Source: an uncultured Desulfurococcaceae archaeon | Lineage (GTDB): Archaea > Thermoproteota > Thermoprotei_A > Sulfolobales > NBVN01 | Length of the DNA stretch: 46,995 nt | Reading direction: 5' to 3' | NCBI GenBank assembly: GCA_964522175.1 | Contig: CAZFVC010000002.1 | Location: 1-46,995, forward strand | Shown here: in pieces, positions 36,415 through 44,978 of the stretch | How the letters are laid out: each line of letters opens with the position of its first letter | Position numbering within the stretch: position 1 is the first letter of the stretch | The notes under the pieces: model-generated | The model's database searches: none | The model's input: only the letters and a program-made list of their open reading frames with translations | Told to the model about the DNA's origin: nothing | Position numbers and translations under genes: made by a program

Positions 36415-37359
36415 ATGATATTGCTGAGGGAATTAGTGGATAAGGTAGTGAAGGCTTCCTCCTCAGTGCTTGTGGAGAAGGAGCGTGAAGTTACACTCAT
36501 TACCCTAGCAATCATAGCTGGAGGGCATGCCTTAATTGAGGGAGTTCCTGGCATAGCAAAGACGCTTAGTGTTAAGGTAGTTGCTAAAGCTCTGGGGCTG
36601 ACCTTCAGTAGAATTCAGATGACGCCGGATATGCTCCCATCTGACATTATCGGCACTAAGATTATTGACCCGAGAACAGGTGAGGAAAGACTGCTTATAG
36701 GTCCAATAAATGCCAATATAGTTCTGGCAGACGAGATAAATAGAGCCTCCCCCAGAACGCAGTCAGCTCTCTTGGAAGCTATGCAGGAAAGGCAGGTAAC
36801 GATAGAGGGATTAACCGTGAAGCTACCTGAGCCATTCTCAGTAATAGCTACAATGAATCCACTAGAATTAGAAGGCGTTTTCCCGCTTCCGGAAGCTCAG
36901 CTAGACAGGTTTTTCCTTAAAATTAAGGATGTAGGATTAAGTGAAAGCGGGCTTAAAGTTCTGTTGAAGGAGGGCCTAGAAAAGATTGAGGAGAAATACA
37001 GAAAGATGCAAAGCGTATCCAATAGTGAGGAAGTGCTTCAAGCTAGGAAGGACATTGAGAAAGTCTATGTAGATGGAGTCCTCCTTTCGTATATAGCCCG
37101 CATAGTTAGGAACATAAGCTCCCAACCCTCAGTCAGGGCTCCTGTATCCCCGAGGGCTGCCGGAATGTTACTCACACTCTCAAAGGAATTCGCTATAATT
37201 GACGGAAGAGATTACTTAATACCGGATGACGTTAAGAAAGCAGCTATTCCCTCCTTATCACACCGAATATTCCTGAAACCAGAGTTCCTCGCAGAAGGCT
37301 TAACAGGCGAGGAGGTCGTTAAGAAAGCACTTGAGTCAGTGGAAGTGCCCCGGCCGTGA
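36415..37359 (+). CDS. moxR: MoxR-family AAA+ ATPase
   Basis: Walker A EGVPGIAKT, Walker B/sensor VLADEINRASPRTQSALLEAMQERQVTI, and ATMNP...LPEAQLDRF. These are textbook MoxR motifs. Confidence 0.9.
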   Translation: MILLRELVDKVVKASSSVLVEKEREVTLITLAIIAGGHALIEGVPGIAKTLSVKVVAKALGLTFSRIQMTPDMLPSDIIGTKIIDPRTGEERLLIGPINANIVLADEINRASPRTQSALLEAMQERQVTIEGLTVKLPEPFSVIATMNPLELEGVFPLPEAQLDRFFLKIKDVGLSESGLKVLLKEGLEKIEEKYRKMQSVSNSEEVLQARKDIEKVYVDGVLLSYIARIVRNISSQPSVRAPVSPRAAGMLLTLSKEFAIIDGRDYLIPDDVKKAAIPSLSHRIFLKPEFLAEGLTGEEVVKKALESVEVPRP

Positions 37360-38657
37360 AAGCAGAGATCAAAGTGAAGAGAGTGAACACCTCTGGTCTT
37401 CTAATCCTACTCCTTACAATTACTCTCCTTATAGGTACCGGCCTAAGCGGAAACTCCCCCGTAGGAAAGATACTTATAATTGTGGGAGGAAGTTTGGCGA
37501 CACTACTAGGCGGTATCCTAGGACTTCTCAAAATCATTAAACCGGAAATCGAAGGAGAAACAGTAACCGAAACAGCTATCTCCACACTAAAAAGAGGAGA
37601 AGTCGGCAAGACCCTAGTAAAGATTAGGAGTCCAATACTAAGGTTAATGCGTCCCAACATAGTTAAGCTAGAGACGGATGAAGGAATTCATATACTAAAT
37701 AAAACCATAGCAAAAACAGGTGATACATTTCTCGCGAATTTCTCGATTAAAGGAGACACAGGGCTTCATATTCTAGGGCCATTGTATCTAAAGGCATGGC
37801 TCGGAGGAGATTTAATAGAAATAGAGATGGAGATTCCTCTAACATTAAGTGTTAAAATACTTCCTGAGATACCTAAAACAATTCCCATGAGATATGAAAC
37901 CCGAAAATTAATTGCCGGGATAGTGCTAACTAGAAGAAAGGGTAGAGGTGTCGAATTCCTCAGCGTTAGGGAATATGTCCCTGGAGATGATATCTCAAGG
38001 ATTGACTGGAAAGGATCCTTAAGAAGTAGAAATTTGATTATTAAGGAATTCGAAAAGGAATCTCTCGAAACTTTAGGCATCGTTCTAGTATTGAGTGATA
38101 GTAACTTCACAGGTAGAAGACCTTCATACTCAATAATGGCTGACTATGTGCTTGCCTTGGCTAATTCACTGCTAATTTCTGGACTGAAATTAAGGATGGC
38201 TATAGTCACTGAGAGAGGTTACCTAATAACTGAAGAGTGCTCTGGAAGAAGGGATATTTACCGAATTACTGGAGCTTTAGGATCAATTGAGTGGCCTAAA
38301 GAGATTGTGATAAGCTCGTCGCCCCTGAAAATAGCATCATCGTTAGTGCTTGAAAAGATAGCATCGCTAACTGAGGGACCTCTCCTCATCTTCACTGAAA
38401 TTGCCCGAGATGAAGAAATGAAAGCATTAGAGAGAATGCTTCAGGTGTCCACAGTAATTAGGCATTCCGTACTCATTTTCCTCTACACCCCAGAGCTCCT
38501 GAGACTTATCAAGGGAGAGTTAGAGGAGAATGATCTTCAAAATCTAAGATCATTCTTGAAATCATCAGCTGCTTTAACAGATAATCCAAGAATAGAGATA
38601 CTGCTAAGCAGACCTGAGGATGTAGCGCACCTAATTGCGCATGAAGTCCTTATCTGA
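37356..38657 (+). CDS. DUF58-family protein (MoxR partner, degenerate VWA) with N-terminal TM segments
   Basis: VREYVPGDDISRIDWKGSLRSRNLIIKEFEKE is the DUF58 signature. 4-nt overlap with moxR. Confidence 0.85.
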   Translation: MKAEIKVKRVNTSGLLILLLTITLLIGTGLSGNSPVGKILIIVGGSLATLLGGILGLLKIIKPEIEGETVTETAISTLKRGEVGKTLVKIRSPILRLMRPNIVKLETDEGIHILNKTIAKTGDTFLANFSIKGDTGLHILGPLYLKAWLGGDLIEIEMEIPLTLSVKILPEIPKTIPMRYETRKLIAGIVLTRRKGRGVEFLSVREYVPGDDISRIDWKGSLRSRNLIIKEFEKESLETLGIVLVLSDSNFTGRRPSYSIMADYVLALANSLLISGLKLRMAIVTERGYLITEECSGRRDIYRITGALGSIEWPKEIVISSSPLKIASSLVLEKIASLTEGPLLIFTEIARDEEMKALERMLQVSTVIRHSVLIFLYTPELLRLIKGELEENDLQNLRSFLKSSAALTDNPRIEILLSRPEDVAHLIAHEVLI

Positions 38658-38707
38658 CTCTCCGTAGAAGGATTTATTTGGACTAAAATTAATCATAATC
38701 GAGTGTA

Positions 38708-39079
38708 ATGATGTATGAAGTTCTGAAATCGACTGAAGGGGAGGACCTAATTAAAGGAGACGTTCTAAGGACTTTATACCTTTTCTCTGGAATCCTTTGG
38801 TTTCCTGAGCTTTATGACGAGTATGTGGGCTTCGTCCGAACCTTGGGAGATGAGCCAGCTGGGAGGAAAACTGTGGAGAAAGCTGTTAAGGAATTAGTTA
38901 AGGAGGGAATACTTAAGATAAAGGAGGGGATAAGAGCGACGGCATCGGCGAAAGGTGAAGAAACATTCCTTGTTTCATTCACTAAACCTCTCGAGGCTCG
39001 GCAGATACTCTCTACTGACAATAGGGTAGTAAAATATCTTGCCGAATGGAAAAAGTATGTTGGAGAACTTAGAAAATAA
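38708..39079 (+). CDS. Hypothetical protein, possible winged-helix fold
   Basis: 123-aa ORF. VEKAVKELVKEGILKIKEG resembles a wHTH recognition/wing segment. Weak call. Confidence 0.35.
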   Translation: MMYEVLKSTEGEDLIKGDVLRTLYLFSGILWFPELYDEYVGFVRTLGDEPAGRKTVEKAVKELVKEGILKIKEGIRATASAKGEETFLVSFTKPLEARQILSTDNRVVKYLAEWKKYVGELRK

Positions 39080-39136
39080 GGTAATCACTAAACAACTCTT
39101 TTAACTAAATCCCTAAAGAATTCCTAGGTAATTGAT

Positions 39137-39823
39137 TTGAGACTGCTGCTGCTTGCAGACATACATGGAAGAACCACATCACTTAGACAGACTTTGATGA
39201 GGGTTAGAGACATTGAGGGTGTGCTTGTAGCTGGAGATATAACTTCCTATACAGGAACCCACTGGGATGAAGTTATCAATTTACTTTCAGAATGGTGTGA
39301 AGACAACGGCTGCACAGCGTATGTAGTTCCGGGAAATGCTGATCCGAAAACGATTATGAGGGTTAAGAAGGAAAAGGTGAAGATACTGCATATAGCTTTG
39401 GAGCCATTTCCTCCATATGTTATTGGAGGGATTGGAGGAGGTTTAGGGTTTCCATTTATGGATATCCCTAGACTTAACGATGTGGAATTGACTCTATATG
39501 TTAAGAGGTTTATTTCCTCCTACGGCCCGGGATTAGCACCTTATTCATGGATATTACTCACACATACACCTCCCTACGGAACTAGGCTTGACATACTTTA
39601 TACTGGAGAGCATGTGGGGTCACATGGAATAAGGTCACTTATCGAGGAGAAAAAGCCTCTTCTAGCGGTCTCTGGACATATACATGAATCTCGAGGCATT
39701 GAGTGCTTGGGGAAGACCGTAATGGTTAATCCAGGACCTAATTACAGAGGATACTTTGCTGTGGCTGAGATTGAAGTAAGCAGCGGAAATGTTGATGTTA
39801 CTCTTATGAAGAACTCACCTTAG
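39137..39823 (+). CDS. Calcineurin-like metallophosphoesterase
   Basis: LLLADIHG, VAGDIT, VPGNAD and SGHIHE are the standard metal-ligand motifs. TTG start. Confidence 0.8.
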   Translation: MRLLLLADIHGRTTSLRQTLMRVRDIEGVLVAGDITSYTGTHWDEVINLLSEWCEDNGCTAYVVPGNADPKTIMRVKKEKVKILHIALEPFPPYVIGGIGGGLGFPFMDIPRLNDVELTLYVKRFISSYGPGLAPYSWILLTHTPPYGTRLDILYTGEHVGSHGIRSLIEEKKPLLAVSGHIHESRGIECLGKTVMVNPGPNYRGYFAVAEIEVSSGNVDVTLMKNSP

Positions 39824-40784
39824 GAGACTTTATCAATTCCTTCACATAAGAAGAGGCCTCGGGACCCTTTGGGCTTCCTAAAAGTCTTTTTGTTAGCCTG
39901 CAAAAACCGCATACTCCATCCCTGGAGGGCATCCCACAGTATTTGCAGGGAAAGACTTCCTCGGTCTTTTGAGGAAGGCTTGGAATCAGCTCCCTAGCTA
40001 TTCCCTTCATAAAATTAATCTTGGTTCCAGGATGCCTTAAATCAAGATTACTTATGAAGTTCCTTATCTCAGTATTTATTACTTTGCTGGAGAAGAAAGG
40101 GCATCTACTTTTAACGAAAGGAATTCCTTTCAGTAAAACATACGCCAGGTTCTCTCGCTCGCTGGTCAGATATAATGGCCTTACCCTACTTACCCCCATT
40201 CCTTCAATAGGACTTGACTCAGGGCCTAGCTTTTTTAAGGCATCATAGTCCCTCATAAGAATTGATTTCATGGCATATGTTGATAAATCATCTAGGTGAT
40301 GACCTAGTGCAACCTTATCTGCTCCAGCCTTTAATGCTACTAAATTAATGAAGTATCTCTTCAGAAGACCGCATACAGAACACAGAGGCCTCCGGCTTTT
40401 TGAGGCTATATCGGGAAGTTGCATACCTATTACATCCTGAAGTCTCACAACAACTAGTCTAATGCCTGTATCCCTACATAAACTCCTTACAGCATTCTCT
40501 GCGAGCTTAGAGTACTCCCCTATTCCTAGGTCTATATGTAAACCTAGGATGCTGAAACCTAACTCCTCAGACAGCTTTGCTAAGACGTATAGCAGCGCTT
40601 GAGAATCTTTTCCTCCTGATAGCGCTACAGCAACTAATTCTCCTCTCCTAATCAGTTTATATCTTTCTATTGTCTCTTTAACCCTTTTCTCATAATACTG
40701 AATAAAGTGATCCTTGCATAAATTAATTCTTGCGTAATGCAGCCTTATAACCGCTCTCTTACCACAAATCGTGCATTTAGCCAG
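39804..40784 (-). CDS. ttuA: TtuA/NcsA-type PP-loop tRNA 2-thiolation ATPase; full-length frame with no ATG/GTG/TTG start
   Basis: The frame is open from 40790 to 39804. The N-terminal Zn finger KCTICGK...LCKDH and the PP-loop SGGKDS lie upstream of the track ORF (which starts at GTG 40448). The downstream region contains CSVCG and SRCPF (Fe-S ligand pattern) and the C-terminal CKYCG...CGFC finger. CTG at 40784-40782 is the only plausible initiator. Confidence 0.75.
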   Translation of the reverse strand: MAKCTICGKRAVIRLHYARINLCKDHFIQYYEKRVKETIERYKLIRRGELVAVALSGGKDSQALLYVLAKLSEELGFSILGLHIDLGIGEYSKLAENAVRSLCRDTGIRLVVVRLQDVIGMQLPDIASKSRRPLCSVCGLLKRYFINLVALKAGADKVALGHHLDDLSTYAMKSILMRDYDALKKLGPESSPIEGMGVSRVRPLYLTSERENLAYVLLKGIPFVKSRCPFFSSKVINTEIRNFISNLDLRHPGTKINFMKGIARELIPSLPQKTEEVFPCKYCGMPSRDGVCGFCRLTKRLLGSPKGPEASSYVKELIKSPKVSSS

Positions 40785-40983
40785 TTGATGTCACCTCATA
40801 AATTTCAATCTCTTCTCCATCAAGTATGAAAACATCCTCAGTGAGCAACTCCTTCTTCCTAACTACAATCACTTGAAGCGAATTGTATCCCAGGTCTTGA
40901 AGCAGCTTCTTTACTGTAATTTTTCTCTTCCGAGGATCGTATTTCAACTCCCTCCCGTCAGGATAAATCACGACTCTAATCAT
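40777..40983 (-). CDS. ThiS/MoaD-like beta-grasp small protein lacking a C-terminal Gly-Gly
   Basis: 68 aa. The pattern ...ITVKKLLQDLGY...VIVVRKKELLTEDVFILDGEEIEIYEVTSTG parallels ThiS/MoaD/TtuB, but it ends -Thr-Gly. It overlaps the putative CTG start of the TtuA-like gene. Confidence 0.55.
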   Translation of the reverse strand: MIRVVIYPDGRELKYDPRKRKITVKKLLQDLGYNSLQVIVVRKKELLTEDVFILDGEEIEIYEVTSTG

Positions 40984-41021
40984 TTCTAAACCACATTAGA
41001 GTTTTCGCGAAAAAAGAGTTT

Positions 41022-42011
41022 CTAGGCAATAAAGGACAGTATTAATGCCAAGAAAGCAAGGCTATATCCATACTTCCATAGGAACCTTATTCCTTGATCA
41101 GGTCTAAATCTAGGCATAGAGTTATCGACCCATGCAATTACTGCCAGCACCACAAAATATTTCACTAAGACTACTATGGCACTCAACCACCAGTTCGCTG
41201 GATTAACAGGCCAAGGCCCTCCAAGGAATAACATCACGTAGAACAAAGGAAGGATAATCTTCTCTATAAACTTTATGAAGAATGCCATCGCCAGCCGGGG
41301 CCCACCTAATTCGGTGAATAGACCCCAGTAGAGCTCTGACTCAGCCTCTGGGAAGTCGAAGGGCTTAATCATTAGTATAGCCATCATACCTATGAACCCT
41401 GAGATTGCTGCAATAAACATTGTTATTGCCGAAAGGAAGGAATCTACCCACAGCCCGGCAGAAACTGTGGATGTCAAGTAGGCACTGTATGGAACAAGTG
41501 TGTGTCTAGCGGCCAGAATCACTGGCGTTAGCAACGAGGATATGTAGATTGGGTCTGCAGATATTAGTAACGCAAGATACCTTCCCGCAGCTATGCTTGA
41601 ATATGGGTTAGGTATAGAGAGTGCTAGATATGCTAATGCTAAAGGCGCCAGCAGTAGAATGTAGGCAATAACTACAATATCGTAAGGTGCCCAGAGAGGC
41701 TGTACAGCCAGAGGGGTCACTAGGCCTAAAGCTATTAAGGCACCGATCGCGAGAACAGCAATGATTAAAGGTGATTTCTTGAGTCCGTACCTATTCACCA
41801 CATCCTCCTTTGCAAGCAGCTTCAGGAAGTCGGCAAGAGGCTGCAGCACACCTGCAGGCCCTGTATACGTAGGACCTCTTCTATATTGAATCCTTCCACT
41901 GAGTTTTCTATAGTACCACTGAGTAACAATAACTAATACAATCATAGTTAACAGGCCAGGATATATTAACGACTGAAGCAGTATGCTTAACCATTCGTTC
42001 ATGGCCACCAC
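41022..42011 (-). CDS. NuoH/MbhM-like membrane subunit of the second complex
   Basis: RRGPTYTGPAGVLQPLADFLKL is the NuoH signature. 329 aa. Paralogue of 4445-5455. Confidence 0.85.
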   Translation of the reverse strand: MVAMNEWLSILLQSLIYPGLLTMIVLVIVTQWYYRKLSGRIQYRRGPTYTGPAGVLQPLADFLKLLAKEDVVNRYGLKKSPLIIAVLAIGALIALGLVTPLAVQPLWAPYDIVVIAYILLLAPLALAYLALSIPNPYSSIAAGRYLALLISADPIYISSLLTPVILAARHTLVPYSAYLTSTVSAGLWVDSFLSAITMFIAAISGFIGMMAILMIKPFDFPEAESELYWGLFTELGGPRLAMAFFIKFIEKIILPLFYVMLFLGGPWPVNPANWWLSAIVVLVKYFVVLAVIAWVDNSMPRFRPDQGIRFLWKYGYSLAFLALILSFIA

Positions 42012-42370
42012 CTCAACACTAGAGTAACTGCCACTATAACCACAAGGAGTAGGTAGGCATAAACATACCAGTCCCTAAGGAAGGCCTCAGACGACCTGCT
42101 TAAGGTCCTGGAAACCCCTCTCCAAGCCCTAGAAAGTATGTCAACTATTACATACGAAATCGGTGGGGTTTGAACCTCCTTAACCTCCCAACCCGAGACA
42201 ACAGGATAATACTTAAGCTCGTCCTCCTTTTCCTCTACAGGCCTGCCCCCATACCTCTGGAACAGTTCGTAGAAGATTACGTAAACTAAAACTCCCAGCA
42301 GTGCGGTTAGCCCTGTTATTAGGAGGACGAATCCTTCCGCGGAAAACATTAATGAAGCCATCCTTCTCAC
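41999..42370 (-). CDS. Small two-TM subunit, MbhI-like (second complex)
   Basis: 123 aa with a TM-loop-TM layout. Same relative position as 5449-5838. Confidence 0.45.
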   Translation of the reverse strand: MRRMASLMFSAEGFVLLITGLTALLGVLVYVIFYELFQRYGGRPVEEKEDELKYYPVVSGWEVKEVQTPPISYVIVDILSRAWRGVSRTLSRSSEAFLRDWYVYAYLLLVVIVAVTLVLRWWP

Positions 42371-42888
42371 CTCTCAAAAATAAGCTTAGCCCATTCCTCA
42401 AACTCCTTCGATATCTTCTCCCTTGCTTCCTCATCTTCCGTCGTTTCAGCAAATAGCCAATGAACGAAGAGGGCTTTCCCTTCATCATCTACCTCCAGAG
42501 TCACTGTTCCAGGGGTATTAGTGATGGAGTTAGCAACTGTGACAATGCCGAAATCCGTCTCTAGGCTGTGAGGAACTCTCACAATAGCAGGCTTTATGTT
42601 CATATTAGGACTTAAAATGGCTTTAACAACGCTCCAATGCGCCTTAGCCTCAATAATTGTGAAGTACTTGACGAAATACGCTAGGAGCATTGCCAGCCTC
42701 TTTAGAGTGAGTTTTCCAGTGTCCTGAATCCATTCTCTGGAGAATATGTATGAAACTATGAAGGCGCTAATCAGACCTAGGATGAGCTCAGTTATTGATA
42801 TAGCACCAGTGTAGACTATGTAGAGACCTAGCAAAATAAGGGAAAGAATGAAGAATCCGATAAATCTGCTTCCACCACTCTTACTCAT
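42367..42888 (-). CDS. MrpE/MnhE-like subunit (second complex)
   Basis: VANSITNTPGTVTLEVDDEGKALFVHW parallels 7477-7992. ATG 42888 (MSKSGG) is preferred over the track start at 42951. Confidence 0.7.
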   Translation of the reverse strand: MSKSGGSRFIGFFILSLILLGLYIVYTGAISITELILGLISAFIVSYIFSREWIQDTGKLTLKRLAMLLAYFVKYFTIIEAKAHWSVVKAILSPNMNIKPAIVRVPHSLETDFGIVTVANSITNTPGTVTLEVDDEGKALFVHWLFAETTEDEEAREKISKEFEEWAKLIFER

Positions 42889-43294
42889 TCTTCTCACCTC
42901 CCTCGATCTTTGAAAGGTTTTGGGTTCCGAACATTTCTCCAGCGGTAACACTTAGAGTAACTAGGAAGAGGAGAACAGCTAACCCGATGACTATTGCTGT
43001 AACTATTAAGATCTGCGGCAAGGGATCTACCGCAGATCCTGCAAATTCCTTTAGGGATGCCTGGCTCGGGTAGACGAAGCCCTCAATCACTCCTCCAGGA
43101 TATACGGGTGGCTGGGTTGCAGTAATTCTATACCCTATGAAAACTGCTAACATCTCTATAGCGTCAGAAAAGATTGTAAGCATAACTAATTTCTTTATCA
43201 TGTGGGGCCTGCATATCATTCCGCAGAGGCCCACAGCTGCCGTACCTATTATTGTTGCAAGGACGTAGTACCAGAGAAACTCTTCTACCATCAT
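42881..43294 (-). CDS. MrpC/NuoK-like subunit (second complex)
   Basis: 137 aa. The motifs PHMIKKLVMLTIFSDAIEM and DPLPQILIVTAIVIGLAV parallel 7989-8408. Confidence 0.65.
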   Translation of the reverse strand: MMVEEFLWYYVLATIIGTAAVGLCGMICRPHMIKKLVMLTIFSDAIEMLAVFIGYRITATQPPVYPGGVIEGFVYPSQASLKEFAGSAVDPLPQILIVTAIVIGLAVLLFLVTLSVTAGEMFGTQNLSKIEGGEKNE

Positions 43295-44091
43295 TTCTTA
43301 CCACCCTCCACTACAGCATCTAGCCCAAGCAGGGCTAAGGTGAACCCTGCGGAAACAGCTAGAAACTCCATTAAATTAAGCAGTATTAGAGTTCCCGCAA
43401 TAACTATCTCTCCCCACGGGGCATAAATCACGTCCGCATAGCCTAAGGGTACATAAGTTTTGGGCTGGTTAAGGAATAAGTAGCCCATTACCCCCTTCAT
43501 GAAACCAATTATCAGTGTGGAAATACCGATGAATGCTATGAGGATGAGGCCGGTCAGTCTTAAACTTAGGAGGCTGTCCTTCTTGAATCCAAGCTTTATC
43601 AGCCTGCTTCCTCCCATAGCCGCCAAAAGTATTAGCGGAGCCACGACAAAGATTGATCCGCCTTGGAAGCCTCCTCCAGGCGTCAGGTGGCCGTGAAGTG
43701 CTACAGAGATTGAAACAATCATGATGATCGGGGCCACAACTTTAGCTATTAGTTTAACTATTACAGTCATTTCCTTACTGGGTTCTGAAGGCTTAATCCT
43801 TTCAGCGAATATGTAAAGCGTCCCTATTATAGCAAGGAAGAGCACCGTCGTCTCGTAGTAGGTGTCAATGCCTCTCTGATCCCACAGAACCGAAGTAACT
43901 ATTTCAGGCGACCCGGTGTAAAGGAGGGATCCTTGAAGAGGTATCTCTGACAGGTATTTGTAGGCTAGGTAGAGATTAGATGTGAAGTCAGGGGAAACTA
44001 GGCCTAGCTGGACTAGTGCCACAGCAAATATTACAGCTAGCATTAGGGAAACAACAACACTTAACTTCATGTTACTCCTCATATCTCTCAC
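43291..44091 (-). CDS. MrpB/MnhB-domain subunit (second complex)
   Basis: ALHGHLTPGGGFQGG signature. ATG 44070 is an alternative start. Confidence 0.75.
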   Translation of the reverse strand: MRDMRSNMKLSVVVSLMLAVIFAVALVQLGLVSPDFTSNLYLAYKYLSEIPLQGSLLYTGSPEIVTSVLWDQRGIDTYYETTVLFLAIIGTLYIFAERIKPSEPSKEMTVIVKLIAKVVAPIIMIVSISVALHGHLTPGGGFQGGSIFVVAPLILLAAMGGSRLIKLGFKKDSLLSLRLTGLILIAFIGISTLIIGFMKGVMGYLFLNQPKTYVPLGYADVIYAPWGEIVIAGTLILLNLMEFLAVSAGFTLALLGLDAVVEGGKK

Positions 44092-44323
44092 CCTTCCTTA
44101 ATGCGTATAGAAGGATAACCGAGTTAATTCCTAATCCTATAGCTACATAGGCTATCAGAAGGTCGGGAGCTAGAAACGCCGTTAGAAGAAGTGCAAAGAA
44201 TGTGGATTCGATACCAGAAAGTATTATCGCTTTAAGTACGTCTCTCTGAAGTAGGGCAACAATGGAAGCTATTAAAGCAAGAGTTGAACCGATCGCTGCC
44301 AAAATTAATGGGATATGTATCAC
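44072..44323 (-). CDS. MbhD-like subunit (second complex)
   Basis: 83 aa. QRDVLKAIILSGIEST...APDLLIAYVAIGLG parallels 9219-9488. Confidence 0.6.
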   Translation of the reverse strand: MIHIPLILAAIGSTLALIASIVALLQRDVLKAIILSGIESTFFALLLTAFLAPDLLIAYVAIGLGINSVILLYALRKGERYEE

Positions 44324-44694
44324 TCTTCACTCACCTCCCCCTTCTCCCTTAACTTGTCTACAATAACGGGCTTAGGTGAAACCTCACCTGACTTATGAGC
44401 AGCCTTAGCTAGTATATGGGAGCCTGCTGGGGCTGTGAGCACTATCAGGAGGCCTGCAATCACCGAAATCCCTGCTATATAGTATTTGAATGTAGCCGGC
44501 ATATCCAGTGATATAGCTATCAAAGCAATTCCAGTAAGCGGGTACACTGCCCCGCCAATGCTGCCTACTGTGGCTGCATGAAGCCTCAGGAAGAAGTTGT
44601 TAAACCTATTCATCCCTATAGCAGCAATGACATCGAGGACCCCGCCAAGGAACAGGAGCCCTACACCTATCCAGAATATTATTAGATCTATCAT
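44320..44694 (-). CDS. MrpG/MnhG-like subunit (second complex)
   Basis: GMNRFNNFFLRLHAATVGSIGG. ATG 44694 (an ATGA overlap with the upstream stop) is preferred over the track start at 44751. Confidence 0.75.
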   Translation of the reverse strand: MIDLIIFWIGVGLLFLGGVLDVIAAIGMNRFNNFFLRLHAATVGSIGGAVYPLTGIALIAISLDMPATFKYYIAGISVIAGLLIVLTAPAGSHILAKAAHKSGEVSPKPVIVDKLREKGEVSEE

Positions 44695-44972
44695 TTTCTC
44701 CTCCCCCTCAACAGATACTTTGCTACGTAGATATCCAGGAGGAATACCCAAGCTGCCAGAGGTATAGCCCCAATAGCGAGGTAAGGACTGAGGTAGTAAA
44801 GGGATAGGAGCATGAATATGACGATGAGATCCACCACTAAGGTGTCTATCGCTAGAACCATATCCGGTAAGGTAGGTCCTTTGAAAACCCTATAAGAGTA
44901 AATCAGCATAGCAACGGTATAGAGTATGAAAGCCCCCGGAAGCACGAAACCTAACAAATCGACACTAACCAT
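44691..44972 (-). CDS. MrpF/MnhF-like subunit (second complex)
   Basis: 93 aa. VFKGPTLPDMVLAIDTL parallels 9874-10161. Confidence 0.7.
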   Translation of the reverse strand: MVSVDLLGFVLPGAFILYTVAMLIYSYRVFKGPTLPDMVLAIDTLVVDLIVIFMLLSLYYLSPYLAIGAIPLAAWVFLLDIYVAKYLLRGRRK

Positions 44973-44978
44973 CCATCC

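Noticed and set aside
31907-38110. Several 60-130-aa antisense ORFs (31907-32299, 33646-34011, 35297-35560, 37319-37660, 37766-38110)
   Set aside because: Each lies wholly within a longer opposite-strand or overlapping gene with better support. None has a motif, and their compositions are Ser/Leu/Pro-biased as expected for shadow ORFs.
42213-42488. 91-aa alternative-frame ORF across the MrpE-like/MbhI-like junction
   Set aside because: It is an Arg/Gly/Lys-rich off-frame reading of two membrane-protein genes.
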